Source: Phoronis australis (lineage: Eukaryota; Animalia; Phoronida). From it: a DNA stretch of 64,000 nucleotides. The translations under genes were made by a program, and so were the position numbers. The stretch covers positions 623,255 to 687,254 of the forward strand of contig NMRA01000184.1 in assembly GCA_002633005.1 (NCBI GenBank). The letters are read 5' to 3'. This document shows positions 60,959-64,000 of this stretch, one piece after another. The notes under the pieces are model-generated. The model did not search any database and had not been told where the DNA came from. It was given only the letters and a program-made list of their open reading frames with translations. How positions within the stretch are numbered: position 1 is the stretch's first letter; every line of letters begins with the position of its first letter.

Positions 60959-62784
60959 GTGAGTGACGATGCTGGATCATCCCAGTATCATAGGGCCTAC
61001 CTTGAAATTCATTCATTAAAAGCTCTTACATTCTTTAGCTCTTAAAATGCTGATAGTATCACATCCGCGTTGACCACGGTTCGGGCTTTTGTAGCTCAAC
61101 CCAAAAATTAAGAAATGATGTGGGTTAGGTCTGAAGGCAACTTTGTGGATTTAATGGGAAGTGATTGCCACGAATGGTGTTCAATAGTTCCCTGAACTTG
61201 TTTTGATTAAGTGCAGTCCACAAAAATTGGGCCTCTATTCTTATCTACCCGCATAGCAAGGCCCGGAATTTTCAAAGCACATCAGTGGGGAATGTTTGGC
61301 ACGAATGCAGGTACTCTTCAGACAAGAGGAAATTGGAAAAAGTCTGGTTGGTAATGACATGTTTTAACCTATATTTCTGGAACCTAGAGGGCAAGAGCGT
61401 TTGGATTCTTGTTTCCCGTCTCAGCTGCACAAGGCAGTTGTAAATTTAAGATTTTAAGTAAAAAAGGCCAAAATTGCAAGTTTTTTGTCATTGTTTGGCA
61501 TCTATTTTCCGGTTTGTTGAATTTCTGCTTTCTGTAAGTTATGCCTTTGTCAGATGTCTTGAGAAAGGATGCAAACAAGGGCGTTAATTGATCCAGACCA
61601 GTGGTATCGTCAAAATCAGCCAGTGTGAAAGCAGCGGTTCGCACGTGTTCCAACATAAAATTTCAAGAAAAACACTAGTTTTACTGTCTTATTAAATTAG
61701 ACAGAAAATGACACTTGTTGTGGTTTTAACCATCCAAAAAAAAACAAAATTTGACGAAATTTCCTAGAGGTTTTGCCCATGTCATAAACTTGAGACGATT
61801 GTAGGATTTTCTATAACTAAAACATTTCGGAAAAACATAAAAGATACCTTTGCTCTCAAAATTGAAATTAAAATGAGGTTTTGCTATGCCAATGAAAACA
61901 TTTTCTACGTTTAGCCATTATGTATTTTACAGAATTTGTTTACTAGCTGTGGTAACGCCGTTCTAACCAAATCCACGCGCTTTTGAACTCTGAAAAGGAC
62001 AATATGGATATTCAAAAAGGAATGAAACTGCCTTTCTGGAAGTGTTTCTAATGGGACATATTTAATAAGTTGACAAAAATGTAAGAGAGTGTGGAGTGGA
62101 TTAAAATCTTATTAATGATAATGATGACATTGGGTGTGCATATTTTAGTATGGTAGCATATGTGTACATTAAGTCAATTCATTAACGACCATTAAATTGG
62201 AGCAGAAGAGTTTGAGCCGCTAACACACGTAAGTTTATATTTTAAAAATATTCGCTGACGCTAGCATTCTTTCTAATGGATATCACCAGACCTGGAAAGT
62301 TAAAGATTTGCGGGAGTATAAGTTTCAGGTTTTCATCATTCAGTATGTTAATGAATATGACCTCGTGAACCCTCTCTATTTCTGAGCTTGTGATAATAAT
62401 GTTAAGAGAGCATAAGAACCTGCTTTTGTGAACTTGAAATGCTGGACTTTTATAATATTAAATGCTTGAAGATATATCTAGCTAAACAGGAAAAATTAAT
62501 TTCCACCCCTGACACGTGACAGGATGGCTCATGGCCCGGATTTCTGTTCTTGGGTTTTTCCACGTAAGTCAATAAGTAGCACGCATAATATTTTACCTTT
62601 TCATCCATTTATAAAGAAAAAGGCTTTAAAAAGTCGAAGTGCTGTAATCTAGGTAATCTGGTTAATTTATATGATATGACATACCTAAAATGTAACCGAA
62701 ATGGTTTCGTCCACGTGAACTATACTGAGTAGACAAATACAATCTACCCGTTTTTTTCTACACTGCCAGTATTTGTTTTTTCAG

Positions 62785-62968
62785 TATCCTTTATGTCAAA
62801 CTATTTGGCAAGTGTTTGGGCCTGAAATTGCCGTGCGAATTGGCCACGGCACTGTCCTGTGTGTGATAAGCCCTCTCTTGGGTCATATAGCAGACATCCG
62901 TCACAGATCAAACTATGGAGCAACCTACGGCCTATACACTGCTTCTTACAACTTTGGGCTCAGTGCGG
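62785..62968 (+). CDS. SLC18-like transporter exon 11, TM10-TM11 (gene continues; TM12 exon not located)
   Basis: ttttcAG|...|GTaagt; YPLCQTIWQVFGPE...SPLLGHIADIRHRSNYGATYG (VMAT: [21 protein letters not shown]). Confidence 0.9.
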
Positions 62969-64000
62969 GTAAGTAGGCTTTCAAGACACTTGTTTACTCA
63001 TCGCTATGTATGGCTCCAAACCTATCAGTTGTTAGCGCGTTCTGATTTTACTCGTTAGTGCGTTAGGTGGAATGGATGGGAGATGAAATCTCAAAAACAT
63101 TGTTACAGCTTTCTACAATATCGTTTCGTTATATTTTATGCAACTTTGGATTTTTTTCATAGCTCCTCGCCTAAAATCGTTCTTAGAAGCGTTTTGGAGA
63201 ACAGGGCATACAGCTTTTAAGATTGGTTTCATAAATTTTCATATGAATTTGATCAGGCACATCTGATATGAAGTTCCAAAATTAGTTAAATTTAAAGATT
63301 TTTAGGATCATACGAAACTTTAATTGCAAGCTGGTCCGTTGTTAGCACGATCGGCCTTTATTCATACGAACGATATGCAGATCTAACATTTTCAAAGCCC
63401 GCCCTCTAGTGCCGCAGTGCATTTTGGGATAGACCACCTTGCACTGTCCCGGATATTAATGGTGGCTTGGTGCTGGTGGATTTACTTGTTCTGTGCTTGG
63501 ATATTCCAATAACAACAGGAAACAATGGCATCTTAAGTAAAAAATTGTATTAATAATCGAACCAAATTGGTTCCGTGTTACGAATCGATAATCGATATTG
63601 TCGCGATTGTAAGTCGCGTGCCCTTATTTGGACACTTTTCTAGTAGGACTTTTCAATGAATAAACTGTTAAAAGAGACGGAAGTGTGTTGTTGCTGAAAT
63701 TTCATACGACACTTCCGATTCCTGGCAATCCGTTATTCAGTTGTGACGTCACTGGTTCAGCTAGAACATGTTGATTATTTAGACTTCACACATTTGTAGA
63801 AAATAGACGGCCGCCCACTTGACAATTTCATACGTGAACTTGATTTAGATAATGAAAGGGGCAGTGAAATCTATTGTTGTCGACACTGTGATGTTTGACG
63901 TAAATAATGCAAGGAAATACGATCTCGACAGAGCCCTGTGAGTGGGACTTAGAAAGGCCTCTCGTTTCTACTGCCTCCTGTCGGCGTGGCTGGCCATTAG

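Noticed and set aside
63300-63540. SLC18 TM12 exon
   Set aside because: The candidate acceptor near 63330 gives GPLLA but soon reaches a stop without a TM12-like helix; no convincing exon was found.

Overview
Animal (invertebrate-type) genomic DNA: AT-rich, GT-AG spliced genes, many DNA-transposon remnants, and single-N scaffold joins at about 20147, 25645 and 59261. Exons were assembled by hand from splice sites and reading-frame phase. (1) A + strand single-SH2 adaptor gene of the Drosophila EGFRAP/PVRAP type (coding exons about 3920-13523). (2) A + strand SLC18 (VMAT/VAChT-family) MFS transporter with 11 phase-compatible coding exons from 16654 to 62968; its last exon(s) were not located. 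It appears to have lost the canonical amine/proton-binding acidic residues and gained His/Arg in the pocket helices. (3) In intron 2 of that transporter, on the - strand, a coiled-coil protein with a CTHRC1-type C-terminal domain, no collagen helix, and an in-frame TGA near its 5' end. (4) In its 29-kb intron 8, on the same strand, two paralogous DUF885-family putative zinc metallopeptidases with intron-free coding regions, signal peptides and GPI-like tails. Repeats include HINE/DINE-1-like elements carrying arrays of CTCF-like motifs, a Kolobok-type element with THAP remnants, Harbinger/hAT MITEs, a probable Polinton terminus, and a 1.3-1.5 kb duplication at an N that is probably an assembly artefact. 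Family assignments are from remembered motifs, not database searches.
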